DNA of 64,000 nt from Nitrospirota bacterium (GTDB taxonomy: Bacteria; Nitrospirota; UBA9217), in the NCBI GenBank assembly GCA_963741205.1, contig CAVUHW010000026.1, positions 256,001-320,000 on the forward strand, read 5' to 3'. Positions 43,965 through 55,029 of the stretch are shown piece after piece; the first letter of the stretch is position 1; every line of letters begins with the position of its first letter. The translations under genes and the position numbers were made by a program. Under the pieces are notes generated by a model. The model saw only the letters and a list, made by a program, of their open reading frames with translations. It was not told where the DNA came from and made no database searches.

Positions 43965-44127
43965 AGTCTGCCTCCTTGATATTGGATTCCGTAAATCGCA
44001 GCGAATGAACCGCTGGCTGAGATATTGCCAAGTTTACCATCACATTCTGCATTGTTGTTGCGCTGTGTTCTTCGTCCGGTGCGAGGGCGTTGTATATTCA
44101 GGCGAAGCTTCGGCTGCCGCGGGAGCG

Positions 44128-44799
44128 TCAGAACCGGAATCCCGCCTTCAGGGCAACGGTCGTGCCGTCAAGGTCGACGGTCGTGCCGAGAACCTCGCTC
44201 TTCATCACGAAATACCTCCCTTCGAGCCCGACGACAAAGGCACCGAGATTGACGTCGACCCCCAGCCCGCCCTGATACCCGAGGTTTGCCTTGGTCGTCG
44301 AAGCCGATCCGACCTCGATCTTATTGAAATACAGGCCGCCTCCCAGCAGGACATACGGCTCGACTATGGCGATCGGTATGCCGAGCCTGAGGGACAGGTT
44401 CAGAGGGATCGAGTGGACCTTCGCGTTGGTAGAGAATAACTTCCCGTCCGTCGACATATATCCGAGGCCGAGCTCAGCGCCAATATAGGGATTGAACTTG
44501 CCGCCGTAGGCGATCTCCCAATAGGTGCCGGTGCCCGAGTCCTTGACATCCTTTTCTTTCAGCGACCATTCGCCGCCCTTGATGACGAAGTAGGAAGTCC
44601 TGTCATCCTTCTTCGGCGCGGCGGCCGGCGCTGCCGTTGCCGCCGCGGAAGCTGCAGGAGCGGCTGCGGACGTTCCGGTCATCGTCGAGGTCACCGCGGA
44701 CGCAGGAGCCGGAGCTGTTTCCTGGGACAGCGCGGGCGAAGCCGCGATCATGATCCCGCCGATGGACATCCCCATTATTGTCACTATCATTCTCTTCAT
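44128..44799 (-). CDS. Outer-membrane beta-barrel protein (OmpA/OmpW-like) with Ala/Pro linker
   Basis: Signal peptide, alternating beta strands, PYVLLGGGLY and terminal GFRF. Confidence 0.85.
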   Translation of the reverse strand: MKRMIVTIMGMSIGGIMIAASPALSQETAPAPASAVTSTMTGTSAAAPAASAAATAAPAAAPKKDDRTSYFVIKGGEWSLKEKDVKDSGTGTYWEIAYGGKFNPYIGAELGLGYMSTDGKLFSTNAKVHSIPLNLSLRLGIPIAIVEPYVLLGGGLYFNKIEVGSASTTKANLGYQGGLGVDVNLGAFVVGLEGRYFVMKSEVLGTTVDLDGTTVALKAGFRF

Positions 44800-44937
44800 C
44801 GGGGTTCTCCTTTTTTCTCTCTCTATATCACGGTCTTCCGGTCGCATTGACGTTACCGGTCTTGTGGGCTTGGCTTTATCGGCTCCTACCTGATTTGTTT
44901 GCCGCGTGTGTTGTTGTTGTTGTGTGTGTGTGCGCGG

Positions 44938-46576
44938 TCACGTATTGCAGACGATATTGGCGAGTTCCTTCGAAAACGTTTCGATAGTTGACGGAATAGT
45001 CGATGGGGCATTCGACGAGGACCACGGTTTTGAGCGAGAAGGCCTTTCGCAGGACCTCCGACAGGTTATCGCCCTCCTTGACCTTCATGCCGACCGCACC
45101 GTAGCTCTCCGCGTATCTTACGAAATCCGGGTTCGTATACTCGAGCCCGAAGGCGGGATATCCCTTTGCCTGCTGCTCCCACTTGATGAACCCGTAGGCA
45201 TTGTCGTTCAGGACAAGGCAGACAAGGGGAGTATCGTACCTGAGCGCGGTCTCGAGCTCCCGCGAATTCATCATGAACCCGCCGTCCCCCACGACGGCGA
45301 GGACGTTCCGGTCGGGCTTGACCATCTTGGCCGCGATGGCCGCGGGAAGACCCGCGCCCATGGTCGCAAGGGCGTTGTCCAGGATGAACGTGTTCGGTTT
45401 GTAGGTCCGGTAGAGCCGGGAGAACCACAGCTTGTAGATCCCGTTGTCCAGCGTCAGGATGTCCTCGTGCGACATCACCTCGCGCACCCGCCATACGACC
45501 TCCTGCGGGCGTGGGGGGATACTGCTTCTTAAAATCCGAGGAAAGCTTCTTGTCCAGAAATTCCCGGATCGTTCCTGAAGGTCTCGCCCGTTCTTCCTGC
45601 CCGCGACCAACTCCCCGAGCTGCCGGAGCGAGCAGGAAACATCGCCGATGACCTCGATGTCGGGATCATAGTATTTATCGACGACCGCTTCGGAGAAATC
45701 AATGTTGATGATCTTCTTGTCGAGGTCCCTGTTCCAGACGTACGGGGGGTACTCGACGATGTTGTACCCGATCGTGATGATCACGTCCGCCTGGTCGATG
45801 CCGCAGTTGACGTAATCGCGCCGGTGCATGCCCGTCGCAAAGAGGCTGTATTCCGACGCGTCGCTCAGCACGCCCTTGCCCATCTGCGTGTGCACGGCGT
45901 AGATGCCGGTCTTTTCGATGAACTGCATCAGATGCCGGGTGATCAGGTTCCGGTTCGCGCCCGACGACAGGATGATGAGCGGGTTCTTCGCCTGGTTGAT
46001 CATCGAGGCCGCCCGCATGAGGGCCTTGGCGTCCGGCGCCGGCCTCCTGACGAGCCCCCGTTTCTGCACGCACGCATCGGTCTGGCATCCCGCAACGTCC
46101 TCGGGGAGCTCGATATGCACTGCGCCGGGACGCTCGGCCTGAGCGAGCTTGAAGGCGTTCCGGAGGACCGTCGGGATTTCGCCGGGGTCGACGATGGAGA
46201 CGGAGTTCTTGGTGATGGGCCGCATCAGGCTCACGACGTCGATAAGCTGGAACCGCGCCTGCCAGTTCGACCTGACCGCCTTCTGTCCCGAAATGGACAC
46301 GAGCGGCGCGCCGATGAGCTGCGCGTGCGCGACGCCGGTCACCAGGTTCGTCGCGCCGGGGCCGAGGGTCGAGAAGCACACCCCGGCCTTTCCCGTCAGC
46401 CTGCCGTACGTGGCAGCCATGAACGCCGCGGTCTGCTCGTGGCGCGTGATGACGACCTTGATCTTCGAGGTGCGCAGCGATTCAAGGAAATCGAGGTTCT
46501 CTTCCCCGGGCAGGCCGAAGATGTACTCTACCCCTTCTTCCTCAAGCTGCCTCACGAACAGGTCGGATGCCTTCAT
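44938..46576 (-). CDS. ThDP-dependent acetolactate-synthase-like enzyme; probable 2-oxoglutarate decarboxylase (OgdA-like); contains indels
   Basis: GVEYIFGLPGEENL, RHEQ, STLGPGATNL and GDGGFMMN..LND; no ilvH neighbour; adjacent to SSADH. Confidence 0.8.
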
Positions 46577-46708
46577 GCGGACTCCTCTATAATAAAACGA
46601 AGGAGGAAGGTGGACAGGTACGCAGGTCAGTCAAAGCTTCTCGCTTGGACGTGTTGACGTTACATTTTTTCGTCCCTCGTCACCTTCGTCTCTCATCCCT
46701 CGTGTTCC

Positions 46709-48211
46709 TTACTCCCTCACAACCACTGTCTTAACGTTCACGAACTCCTTCAGCCCGTAGTGCGACAGCTCCCTGCCGATGCCGGACTTCTTCACTCCGC
46801 CGAAGGGCAGCCGGGGATCGGACTTCACCATGTCGTTGATCGCGACGGTCCCGCTCTCGATCCGCGCGGCAAGCCGCTCGGCCCGCTCGATGTTCCTGCT
46901 CCAAACCGAAGCGCCAAGCCCGTATTCGGTGTTGTTCGCCGCCCTGACCGCCTCGTCCTCGTCCTTCACCACGATGATCGGCGCGATGGGGCCGAAGACC
47001 TCTTCGGTCAGGACCTTCATGTTCGGCTTGGTATTGATCACCATGCAGGGCGTGAAGAACAAACCCTTCGTGAAGGTCTGTCCCGCCGAGAGCACCCTGG
47101 CCCCTTTCGCCTTTGCGTCCCGCAGCTGTTCCTTCAAGCCATCGAGGATATCCTTCCGCGCCACGGTGCCGATGTCGGTGGTCTCGTCCATGGGATCGCC
47201 GAGCTTCATTTCCTTGAGCCGCGCCAGGAAATGCCTGACAAACTCGTCGGCCACGCTTTCCATGACGATGAATCGTTTTGCCGCGATGCAGCTCTGGCCG
47301 GTGTTGATCATGCGGGCATTAGCCGCCATACGGCCCGCCTTTTCCACGTCTGCGTCATCCAGAACGATGTACGGGTCGGAGCCGCCCAATTCGAGCACAA
47401 CCTTCTTGATCCTCCTGCCCGCATGGGCCCCGATCTCCTCGCCCGCCCGGTTGCTTCCGGTGAGCGACACGGCATCGACAAGGTCGTCATCGATGAGCCT
47501 CAGGGCTTCCGCAGCGTCGATCAGCGCCGTTTTGAACACGTTCTCCGGGAAACCTGCTTTGGTAAAGGCCTCCTCGATCGCCAGCGCCGTCTGCGGCACG
47601 TTCGACGCATGCTTCAGCAGCACAACATTCCCCGCTGTGACCGCGGGAACGCCGAACCGGAAGGCTTGCCAGAACGGGAAGTTCCAGGGCATGACCGCCA
47701 GCACGATGCCGAGGGGCTGGAACATGACATAGCTCTTCTTTGCCTCGGTCTTGATCTCCTCAGGCTTAAGGAACGAAACGGCGTTCCCGGCATAATAGTC
47801 CGCAAGCACCGCGCATTTTTCAACCTCGGCAAGCGCTTCCTTGATGGGTTTCCCCATCTCGCTCGTCATAAGCTCCGCATAGCGCCGCTTCTCGGCGCGC
47901 AGCACCTCCCCGAGCTTCGTGAGGAGAATCGCACGGCCCGCAACTGGCACGTCCCGCCACTTGACGAAAGCATCACGGGACTCTTTCACCTGCCCGTTCA
48001 GTTCCCACGTAGTCATGAGCGGAAACTTTTTCATCACCTCTTCGGTGAAGGGATTGATCGAATGCAGCTTCTTCGGCGTCTGCTGTGTTTTTGATATCGC
48101 AACAGTTGCCTTCATAATTTTCACCCCCTTTTTCGGGGACACAATATTTTTCGCCCTTGCTCGTTGTGTTCCTGCTTTCCTTTTCTCAACGCTTGTTTTC
48201 TTCGTTGACAT
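46709..48211 (-). CDS. NAD(P)-dependent succinate-semialdehyde dehydrogenase (Sad/SsaD type)
   Basis: VMPWNFPFWQAFR, LKHASNVP, LELGGSDP, NTGQSCIAAKR and PFGGVKKSGIGRELS. Confidence 0.9.
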   Translation of the reverse strand: MSTKKTSVEKRKAGTQRARAKNIVSPKKGVKIMKATVAISKTQQTPKKLHSINPFTEEVMKKFPLMTTWELNGQVKESRDAFVKWRDVPVAGRAILLTKLGEVLRAEKRRYAELMTSEMGKPIKEALAEVEKCAVLADYYAGNAVSFLKPEEIKTEAKKSYVMFQPLGIVLAVMPWNFPFWQAFRFGVPAVTAGNVVLLKHASNVPQTALAIEEAFTKAGFPENVFKTALIDAAEALRLIDDDLVDAVSLTGSNRAGEEIGAHAGRRIKKVVLELGGSDPYIVLDDADVEKAGRMAANARMINTGQSCIAAKRFIVMESVADEFVRHFLARLKEMKLGDPMDETTDIGTVARKDILDGLKEQLRDAKAKGARVLSAGQTFTKGLFFTPCMVINTKPNMKVLTEEVFGPIAPIIVVKDEDEAVRAANNTEYGLGASVWSRNIERAERLAARIESGTVAINDMVKSDPRLPFGGVKKSGIGRELSHYGLKEFVNVKTVVVRE

Positions 48212-48341
48212 CCGTCGTCCTCCATGATTTCTAATCTCAGCGTTTAAAGCTCATGGACCGAAAGAAACCGAGCCTTAATTCCGCATCCGCTGCGCCCACG
48301 TTACGATGCCTGGCACGGTTGAATTCCGCACTCGCATCAGA

Positions 48342-49523
48342 TCACTTCCTCTGCCCGATCGGCTCATAGGCGCAGCCGGTCTTGCCGCAGTAATTGCCGA
48401 TATACTCCGACGACGGCCGGTAGAGGGCCGGCTTTTCCTGGGCGTCGCCGAACTTCTCCTCGATGATATGCGCGGTCCAGCCCGCGATCCGGGCCACGGC
48501 AAAGACCGGCGTCATGAGATCGTGCGGAATGCCCATCATATGGTAGACCGGCGCGCTGTAGAAATCGACGTTCGGCTTGATCGTGGTCTTGCCCCGTTTG
48601 ACGAACTCGGCCACGGCCGCCTCCTCGATCTGCGTTGACAGCCCGCACCACTGTTCCTGTCCCGTCTTCTTGCCGATCCTGAAGCACATGTCCTTCAGAA
48701 ACCGCGCCCTCGGGTCAGTCGTTTTATACACCGCGTGGCCCATACCCATGATCTTCTGGCCGCTGTCGAGCTGTTTCCTTACCCACCCGGCAACGTCCTT
48801 CTCGTGCTCCAGTTCCTGGAGCATCTTCATGACCTGCGCATTCGCCCCGCCGTGAAGGCTGCCGGAAAGTGCTCCCACGCCCGCCGCAACGCCGGCGTAC
48901 ATGTGCGCGCGCGTGGATACGACCTCGCGGCACGCGAAGGTGGACGCATTGAAGGAATGATCGGCGTGAAGCAGGAGCGCCGTATCGAGATCATGCGCGA
49001 TCTCCGCATCGGGATAGGTCCCCTTGAGAAGCCACAGAAAGTTTCCGGCATGGGACAGGTTTTCATCGGACGGCAGCGGCTCATGCCCCCTCCGCAGCCG
49101 GTCCCAGCCTGCCACGATCATGGGAATCCGCGCGATAAGCCTGATGGCCTTGGAGATGTTCGCCTCCCTTGTTTCCGACTGCAAATCGGGGTCGGCCGTG
49201 GCCAGGATCGGGATCGAGGCCTGGAGCACATCCATGGGATGGGATGTCTTCGGCAGTTTCCTGAGGCTGTCGAAAACGAACGACGGAAGCTCCCCCGCCT
49301 CGATCAGCTTGCGCTTGAAATCCTCGAGCTGCTCCTCGTTCGGCAGCGCGTCGTGAAGAAGCAGATAGGCCGTTTCCTCGAAGGTCGAGTTCCGCGCCAG
49401 GTCCTCGATGCGGTACCCGCGGTAAATAAGGATGCCGTTCTCGCCGTCCACGTGGGATATCTTCGTGTCCGCCACGGTCACGCCGCGAAGACCGATGTTC
49501 TTTACTTTCAAGGCCTCTGGCAT
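48342..49523 (-). CDS. gltA: Citrate synthase
   Basis: GLRGV, LHADHSFNAST, GSLHGGAN, MGMGHAVYK..DPRA and PNVDFYS. Confidence 0.95.
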   Translation of the reverse strand: MPEALKVKNIGLRGVTVADTKISHVDGENGILIYRGYRIEDLARNSTFEETAYLLLHDALPNEEQLEDFKRKLIEAGELPSFVFDSLRKLPKTSHPMDVLQASIPILATADPDLQSETREANISKAIRLIARIPMIVAGWDRLRRGHEPLPSDENLSHAGNFLWLLKGTYPDAEIAHDLDTALLLHADHSFNASTFACREVVSTRAHMYAGVAAGVGALSGSLHGGANAQVMKMLQELEHEKDVAGWVRKQLDSGQKIMGMGHAVYKTTDPRARFLKDMCFRIGKKTGQEQWCGLSTQIEEAAVAEFVKRGKTTIKPNVDFYSAPVYHMMGIPHDLMTPVFAVARIAGWTAHIIEEKFGDAQEKPALYRPSSEYIGNYCGKTGCAYEPIGQRK

Positions 49524-49717
49524 CGCAGCCTCCCTTTTGGCTCTTTTATGTTTGAGATCGCACCCATAGTGACGCCTTTCTTGAAGACCGGTCACGACCG
49601 CATGAGACCCTTCGCAAGGAAGGGCTTGAGGATGGATAAAGATTCTAAGAACCACTTAATCTTCCCTTAAGAGTCGTCTTACTTCGAGTTGGCATGCGGC
49701 TTAAAATTTCATAAGCT

Positions 49718-51663
49718 TCATGCCTTTACCAGCAGTTCCTCTTTCACAAAATTCAGCGTCCCGCCGGCCAGCAGATGTTTTCTCTGGCGGTCGGACACGT
49801 CCAGAATCGTCATGATCACCCTGCCGTCGACCTCCACGGGTATCTCCCGGTCCCCCCGTTCGATCCGCTTCCGCACATCGGGAAACACGACCTTCGTCCC
49901 TTTCTTCAGGAGGTCATAGTCCTTCGGGTCCTTGAAGGTAAGCGGGAGAATGCCGAAGTTGCAGAGATTGGACTTGTGGATGCGGGCAAAGCTCTTGACG
50001 ATCTTCGCGCGGACGCCCAGATACCGGGGAGCAAGCGCCGCATGTTCGCGGCTCGACCCCTGGCCGTAGTTCTCGCCGCCCACGACGACCACCGTGCCCC
50101 TCGCCTTGCACTCCTTCGCGAAATCGGGGTCGACCTGCGAGAACACGAACTCGGCCAATGCCTCGATATTGGAACGGAACGGCAGCACCCGGTTTCCCGC
50201 CGGCATGATCCCGTCGGTGGACATGTTGTCTCCCACCTTCAGCACCACCTCGGCCGCGAGCGTGTCGGGAAGCGCGTCGAGCTCGGGCAGCGGCTTGATG
50301 TTCGGCCCGCGCACGATCTCCGTCCCGGCAAGTTCTTCGGACGGGAAGAATGATAGACCTCTCATCGATCACATACTGTTTCGGGTCCTCGATTCGGGGA
50401 TACGCCATTTCCTTCGCAAGTTCGCGGGGATCGGTGATCACGCCTTTTAGCGCCGCCGCGGTCGCCGTCTCCGGCGAGCAGAGATAGACCTGGTCGTCCT
50501 TGGTGCCCGCTCCTGCCCGGGAAGTTCCGCGGGAAGGTGCGAAGGCTCACCTCGCCGGTGCCGGGCGCCTGGCCCATGCCGATGCAGCCCTGGCAGCCGG
50601 GTTCATGCACGCGCGCGCCCGAAGTCAAGAAAGCGAGGAGCCCGCCCGCCTGATACACATTTTCGAGCACCTGCCTGCTGCCGGGGTTCACGTGGAACGA
50701 CGTATTCGGGATGAACGCGCCTGCCTTCCAGCATCCTGGCCGAGACCATCAGGTCCCGGAAGGACGAGTTCACGCTGCTGCCCACGATGGCCTGGTCCAC
50801 TTTGATGCCGGCGATCTCGCGCACCGGCACCACGTTTCCGGGCGACGACGGCTTGGCGATCAGCGGCTCGAGCTTCGACAAGATCGATCTCGGCGTGTTC
50901 GTCATACTCTGCGCCCTCGTCGGCGGAGAGCGGGACCCAGGCATCGCCCCGGCCCTGGGCATCAGGTATTCCCGGGTGCGCTCGTCGGACGGAAAGATGG
51001 AGGTCGTGGCCCCGGTCTCGGTGCCCATGTTGCCGATGGTCTCCCGGTCCGTGGCGGACAGGGTCGGGACCCCCGGGCCGTAGTACTCGATGATCTTGCC
51101 CACGCAGCCCTTGACGTCGTAGCGGCGCAGCATTTCGAGGATCACGTCCTTGGCGCTCACCCAGTCGGGAAGTCTGCCCGTGAGCCTGACGCCGAGCACC
51201 TTGGGGCAGGGGAGATGATAGGGATAGCCGGCCATGGCCAGGGCCACGTCGAGACCGCCCGCGCCGATGCCGAGCATCGAGACGCCGGCGGCGCCGGGCG
51301 TATGGCTGTCCGCGCCGAAAAGGGTTTTGCCCGGAACGCCGAAGCGCTCCATGTGCACCTGGTGCGAAACTCCGTTGCCCGGCCTGCTGAAATGGAGGCC
51401 GTATCTGGACGCGGCGGTCTGGAGGAATTTGTGGTCGTCGGCGTTCTTGTTATCGGTCTGGAGAAGGTTGTGGTCCACGTACTGCGCCGCAAGTTCCGCC
51501 TTTACCCGGTGAGGCCCAGGGCCTCGAACTCGAGCATGGCGAGCGTGCCGGTCGCGTCCTGGAGCAGCGTGTGGTCGATCCGGATGCCGATCTCCCTGCC
51601 GGGTACGAGTTCACCCTCCACCAAGTGGGCTTCCAGTATCTTATAAGTAAGGTTTTTTTGCAT
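49718..51663 (-). CDS. Aconitate hydratase (single-chain, about 640 aa), multiple indels
   Basis: QDATGTLA, DHNLLQ, GADSHT, CQGCIGMG, RTFPRNFPGR and NYGQGSSREHAALAP. Confidence 0.9.
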
Positions 51664-52090
51664 GCTGTTCCCCGCCCCGGTCAGTAAATTATTTTTTAAT
51701 TTGGACTGAATTTATCCCTTTTAGAGGGGCCGATCTTCTGCATTTTCCTAATTCATTTTACCACAATTTGCCAGGCAAGGCGCGCCTCCGATAAACGGTA
51801 CGTTTGGGGAAAAAGAGGTTTTTCGCGCCTACCTTGGTCACGATGATTTATATCATTCAAGTTCTTTCTCTTAACACGGCATCCTGGAGTTTTGTTCTGA
51901 CTAAACCATTGAGTGACCCTGATCCGGTCAACTGGCAAGGAGTTAGAAGCTTAATTTCCCATGAGAATACATCAAGGATTGACCTGCTCGTTCAAAGTGA
52001 GCGGCTCAAAGTGAACATAATGCTGCGTTTAACCGTATTTTCAGTGTTATAACTAATTGTTTTCCTAAAGATAGTCATTCTGCAAATCTA

Positions 52091-52106
52091 TGGCATAAGC
52101 ATTGCT
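52091..52106 (+). promoter_or_regulatory. Sigma54 promoter
   Basis: TGGCATAAGCATTGCT. Confidence 0.75.
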
Positions 52107-52262
52107 ATAAATAAAAGTGGAAGACTTTCGATATTCGTAAAAAAAATGATTTACCCAGGATAAGGAACACAAGGGGGTGTAATTCCCAGATTCTCATTCA
52201 TGAGATTTCACACCCGAGCCGGCATCAAGTCCGGCTCTTCCTCTCTCAAATGGAGGGTAGAA

Positions 52263-53538
52263 ATGAAAACATTCAAATCATATATGATAATCACCGCGGC
52301 GCTTACAGTATTGACCATGGGCCTCGCCCATTGCAGCAGCGGCGGTAATAGTGGGTCATCTTCTTCCGATAAAAACGGGGATGGCACTGCCAATACTCTC
52401 TCGGGCGTTGCCGCAGCGGGCGCGCCTGTTGCGTCCGCAACGATAACCCTGAAGGACAGGAAAGGTTCCCTGAAGACCAGCGTCACGGGAACAGACGGCA
52501 AATATTCGTTCGACATAACAGACATGACAGCGCCGTTTCTTCTCAAGGTCCCGTCGGGCACCGGTCGATCTTTACAGCGTGGCAACCTCATCAGGAACAG
52601 CCAATATCCACCCCTATACGGATCTCATCGTAAGGAACTGGTACGCGGTCAAGGGGAGCGATGTGGAGACGGTTTTCGACGAGCACGGGGGCACTTCCCT
52701 CGCCACCGACCGCGGCTGATATATCGACGATTGAGACCGCTGTAAAGAGCATCATGAAGACCTGGCTTCAGCAAGAAGGCCTTGATGAGTCGTCCTTCAA
52801 CCTTATCACCTCGTCCTTTGACGCTAACAGCGTCCGGGTTCGACAAAATCCTGGACATGACAATGGTTGAGATCGATGCTGCGGGCCAAGTAACTGTGGA
52901 AAGCTGCGACCCGGCAACCGGTCTTGACGGTACTATGGTTGCAACGAACATCACAAAACTGGCGGCAGCCGATACGGCTCCACCAAGTGATCCCGCCGGT
53001 CTTATAGCGACAGGAGCCGATAAAAACAAGATCGTCTTGCTGTGGAACGCCTCGACTGATGACATCGGCGTCGCGGGATACAATATTTACAGGGGTAATA
53101 CAAAGATCGGGAAGTCCCCTGCCCTGATTTATACGGATTCCGCAGGGCTTGAGCCCTGCACCGAGTACTGCTATCAGGTTGAGGCATTCGACGGGGCGGG
53201 GAATGTATCCGCCAATAAGAGCGGCCAGGCATGCGCCTTCGACCCTCGCGGAATTCGGACACAGCGCTCCCTCAACGCCTTCCAATCTGACCGCAACGGC
53301 CTAGCTACCTCGCAGATAAGCCTGTCGTGGACGGCATCTACGGATGATTTAAGCAACTGACGGTTACAAAGTATACCGGGACGGTAATAGGATCGAATCG
53401 GTAGCAATTCCTGCAACGAGCTTCGTTGATGATAAGAGGCTTTCCGCACATACCCAATATTGCTACACCGTGAAGGCCTTTGACGCAGCAGGGAACAATT
53501 CCCCGGACAGCAACCAGGTCTGTATAACGACGCCGTAG
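52263..53538 (+). CDS. Surface lipoprotein with prealbumin-like domain and two fibronectin type III repeats, frameshifted
   Basis: LAHC lipobox-like motif, LSGVAAAGAP, WNASTDDIGVAGYNIYR..YCYQVEAFDGAGNVS and a second repeat ending YCYTVKAFDAAGNNS. Confidence 0.8.
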
Positions 53539-53653
53539 GCTCCCGTCCGCTGCTTACTATTCAAGACATCCTCAGGAACGCCAAAGGGGATATTGAGTAT
53601 CTTCGAATCAATATCCCCTCTCTCGACAGCTGCCTCACGACAGTGTTCCGCCT

Positions 53654-54094
53654 TCACGCCGCTTTGCGAACTTCGCAAGTCCCCACAAGCGCCTTGGACA
53701 GGTCTGCCGTGTCATAGTAATTACGTAACCGTTTTATCTTGCCGTTCGCCAGCGTACATACCATCACCCAGTTGATAAAAAACTCGCATCCCGTGGTGCT
53801 CGCCATGCCGCGTGACGATCCTTCGACGATCACGTAGTCATTCTGGGCAGTATAATGTGCCGGCTTTATTTCGATTGGTTTAACCTTTGAAAAGGCTTCT
53901 TTGAAAAAACTGGAGACTTCCGCGCGGCCGTGTCTGGGCTTTGCCCATGATATGGCTTCGCTCATGGTATTCGTTACCGGCGACCACCAATCACAGTCAT
54001 CTGCCACGTAGTTCAACAGGGCCTCATAATCTCCCTTTTTACATGTTTCAAAGATGTCTTTCATGGTCTGTATATTTTTTTCCTGGAGTGTCAT
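53654..54094 (-). CDS. SnoaL/NTF2-like protein
   Basis: VADDCDW, HGRAEVSSFF and GKIKRLRNYYDT. Confidence 0.88.
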   Translation of the reverse strand: MTLQEKNIQTMKDIFETCKKGDYEALLNYVADDCDWWSPVTNTMSEAISWAKPRHGRAEVSSFFKEAFSKVKPIEIKPAHYTAQNDYVIVEGSSRGMASTTGCEFFINWVMVCTLANGKIKRLRNYYDTADLSKALVGTCEVRKAA

Positions 54095-54217
54095 GGCAAT
54101 TCTCCTTTCTTCTTATATTGCATCACGAAATAATGACCCTGTCAATCGGACCCAAGTCGCATCTTTTTTGATGGTAAGTAATATGTCGTACATAAATAAC
54201 AGGAAGGGAGTTGGGGC

Positions 54218-54370
54218 TCAGAAATCGATCCCCTTCTGGGGCTCGATATCCTTACGGAAGGCATGTTTGATCTCCCTCACTTCGCTGACCGTGTCCGCCC
54301 GTTCAATGATATCGGGATGGGCGTCCCTGCCGGTCAGGATGAGGTGCATCAGCGGAGGCTTGGTGTATAG
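54218..54370 (-). pseudogene. 3' fragment of cob(I)yrinic acid adenosyltransferase (CobO/BtuR)
   Basis: KPPLMHLILTGRDAHPDIIERADTVSEVREIKHAFRKDIEPQKGIDF*; no 5' part. Confidence 0.85.
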
Positions 54371-54472
54371 TTTGAGTTATTTCGCGCTTTCCGGATATTC
54401 CAGAACATCAGCTTTTTCCATACGTATGTTCGCCCTTCTCATGAACGTTGAACGACGTTATTGACATCCATT

Positions 54473-54886
54473 TTACGAAACCGGTTTTCCGCTGTTTCTC
54501 AGATGGGACAGGAAGGCCGCGATCCTGTATCTCCGATCGGCGAACCAGCGATAAGCCATGCGGGATAGTACCCCCGCTCCCGGCATTTTGAACAATGGCG
54601 CGAAAATGCGATAGCCTTTGAGGCGCGTGAAGATCTCGGGCAAGGCCTTTTCCCCCACAAGCACCGTGCCGTCACCAAGAACGAGGTGCATGGCGTTCAT
54701 GCACGCGGCCCGTTCCACCCCCGGGTACCGTGAGGCCATTGTTTCCGACTGGCACGGCAGCATTTCGAATGAACCGTCGACCTCATTCTCTCCGATCCAC
54801 TTGACCGTGCCTGAACATATCGGACAGCTCCCGTCGAAAATCAGCGTTGCCTTCAGCCCCTCTGTTTTTTCCTTACCCTGTTTCAT
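54473..54886 (-). CDS. DUF393/DCC1-like thiol-disulfide oxidoreductase
   Basis: LIFDGSCPIC..AYRWFADRRY. Confidence 0.9.
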   Translation of the reverse strand: MKQGKEKTEGLKATLIFDGSCPICSGTVKWIGENEVDGSFEMLPCQSETMASRYPGVERAACMNAMHLVLGDGTVLVGEKALPEIFTRLKGYRIFAPLFKMPGAGVLSRMAYRWFADRRYRIAAFLSHLRNSGKPVS

Positions 54887-54976
54887 TGGAGATTGCCCCG
54901 GCGCGGGAATGCCCTTAGCAGTAGATGTACAACCGCGAGACCTTCGGCTTTTCCAGCCGGTCCTGTCATTGCCGCG

Positions 54977-55029
54977 AAAATAAAAAAAAGGCCGAGCGCG
55001 CGATTCTTGTATCCTTCGGCAGCTCGGCC
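54977..55029 (-). terminator. Riboswitch expression-platform terminator
   Basis: ggccgagc...gctcggcc followed by a long U tract; overlaps the 3' side of the aptamer. Confidence 0.75.

Noticed and set aside
44902-44937. (TGT)n/(TG)n microsatellite giving a Thr/His tail on the ThDP enzyme
   Set aside because: It lies after the probable true stop (44938), between ccgcg/cgcgg arms. Likely a hairpin with basecalling noise; the tail arises from a frameshift.
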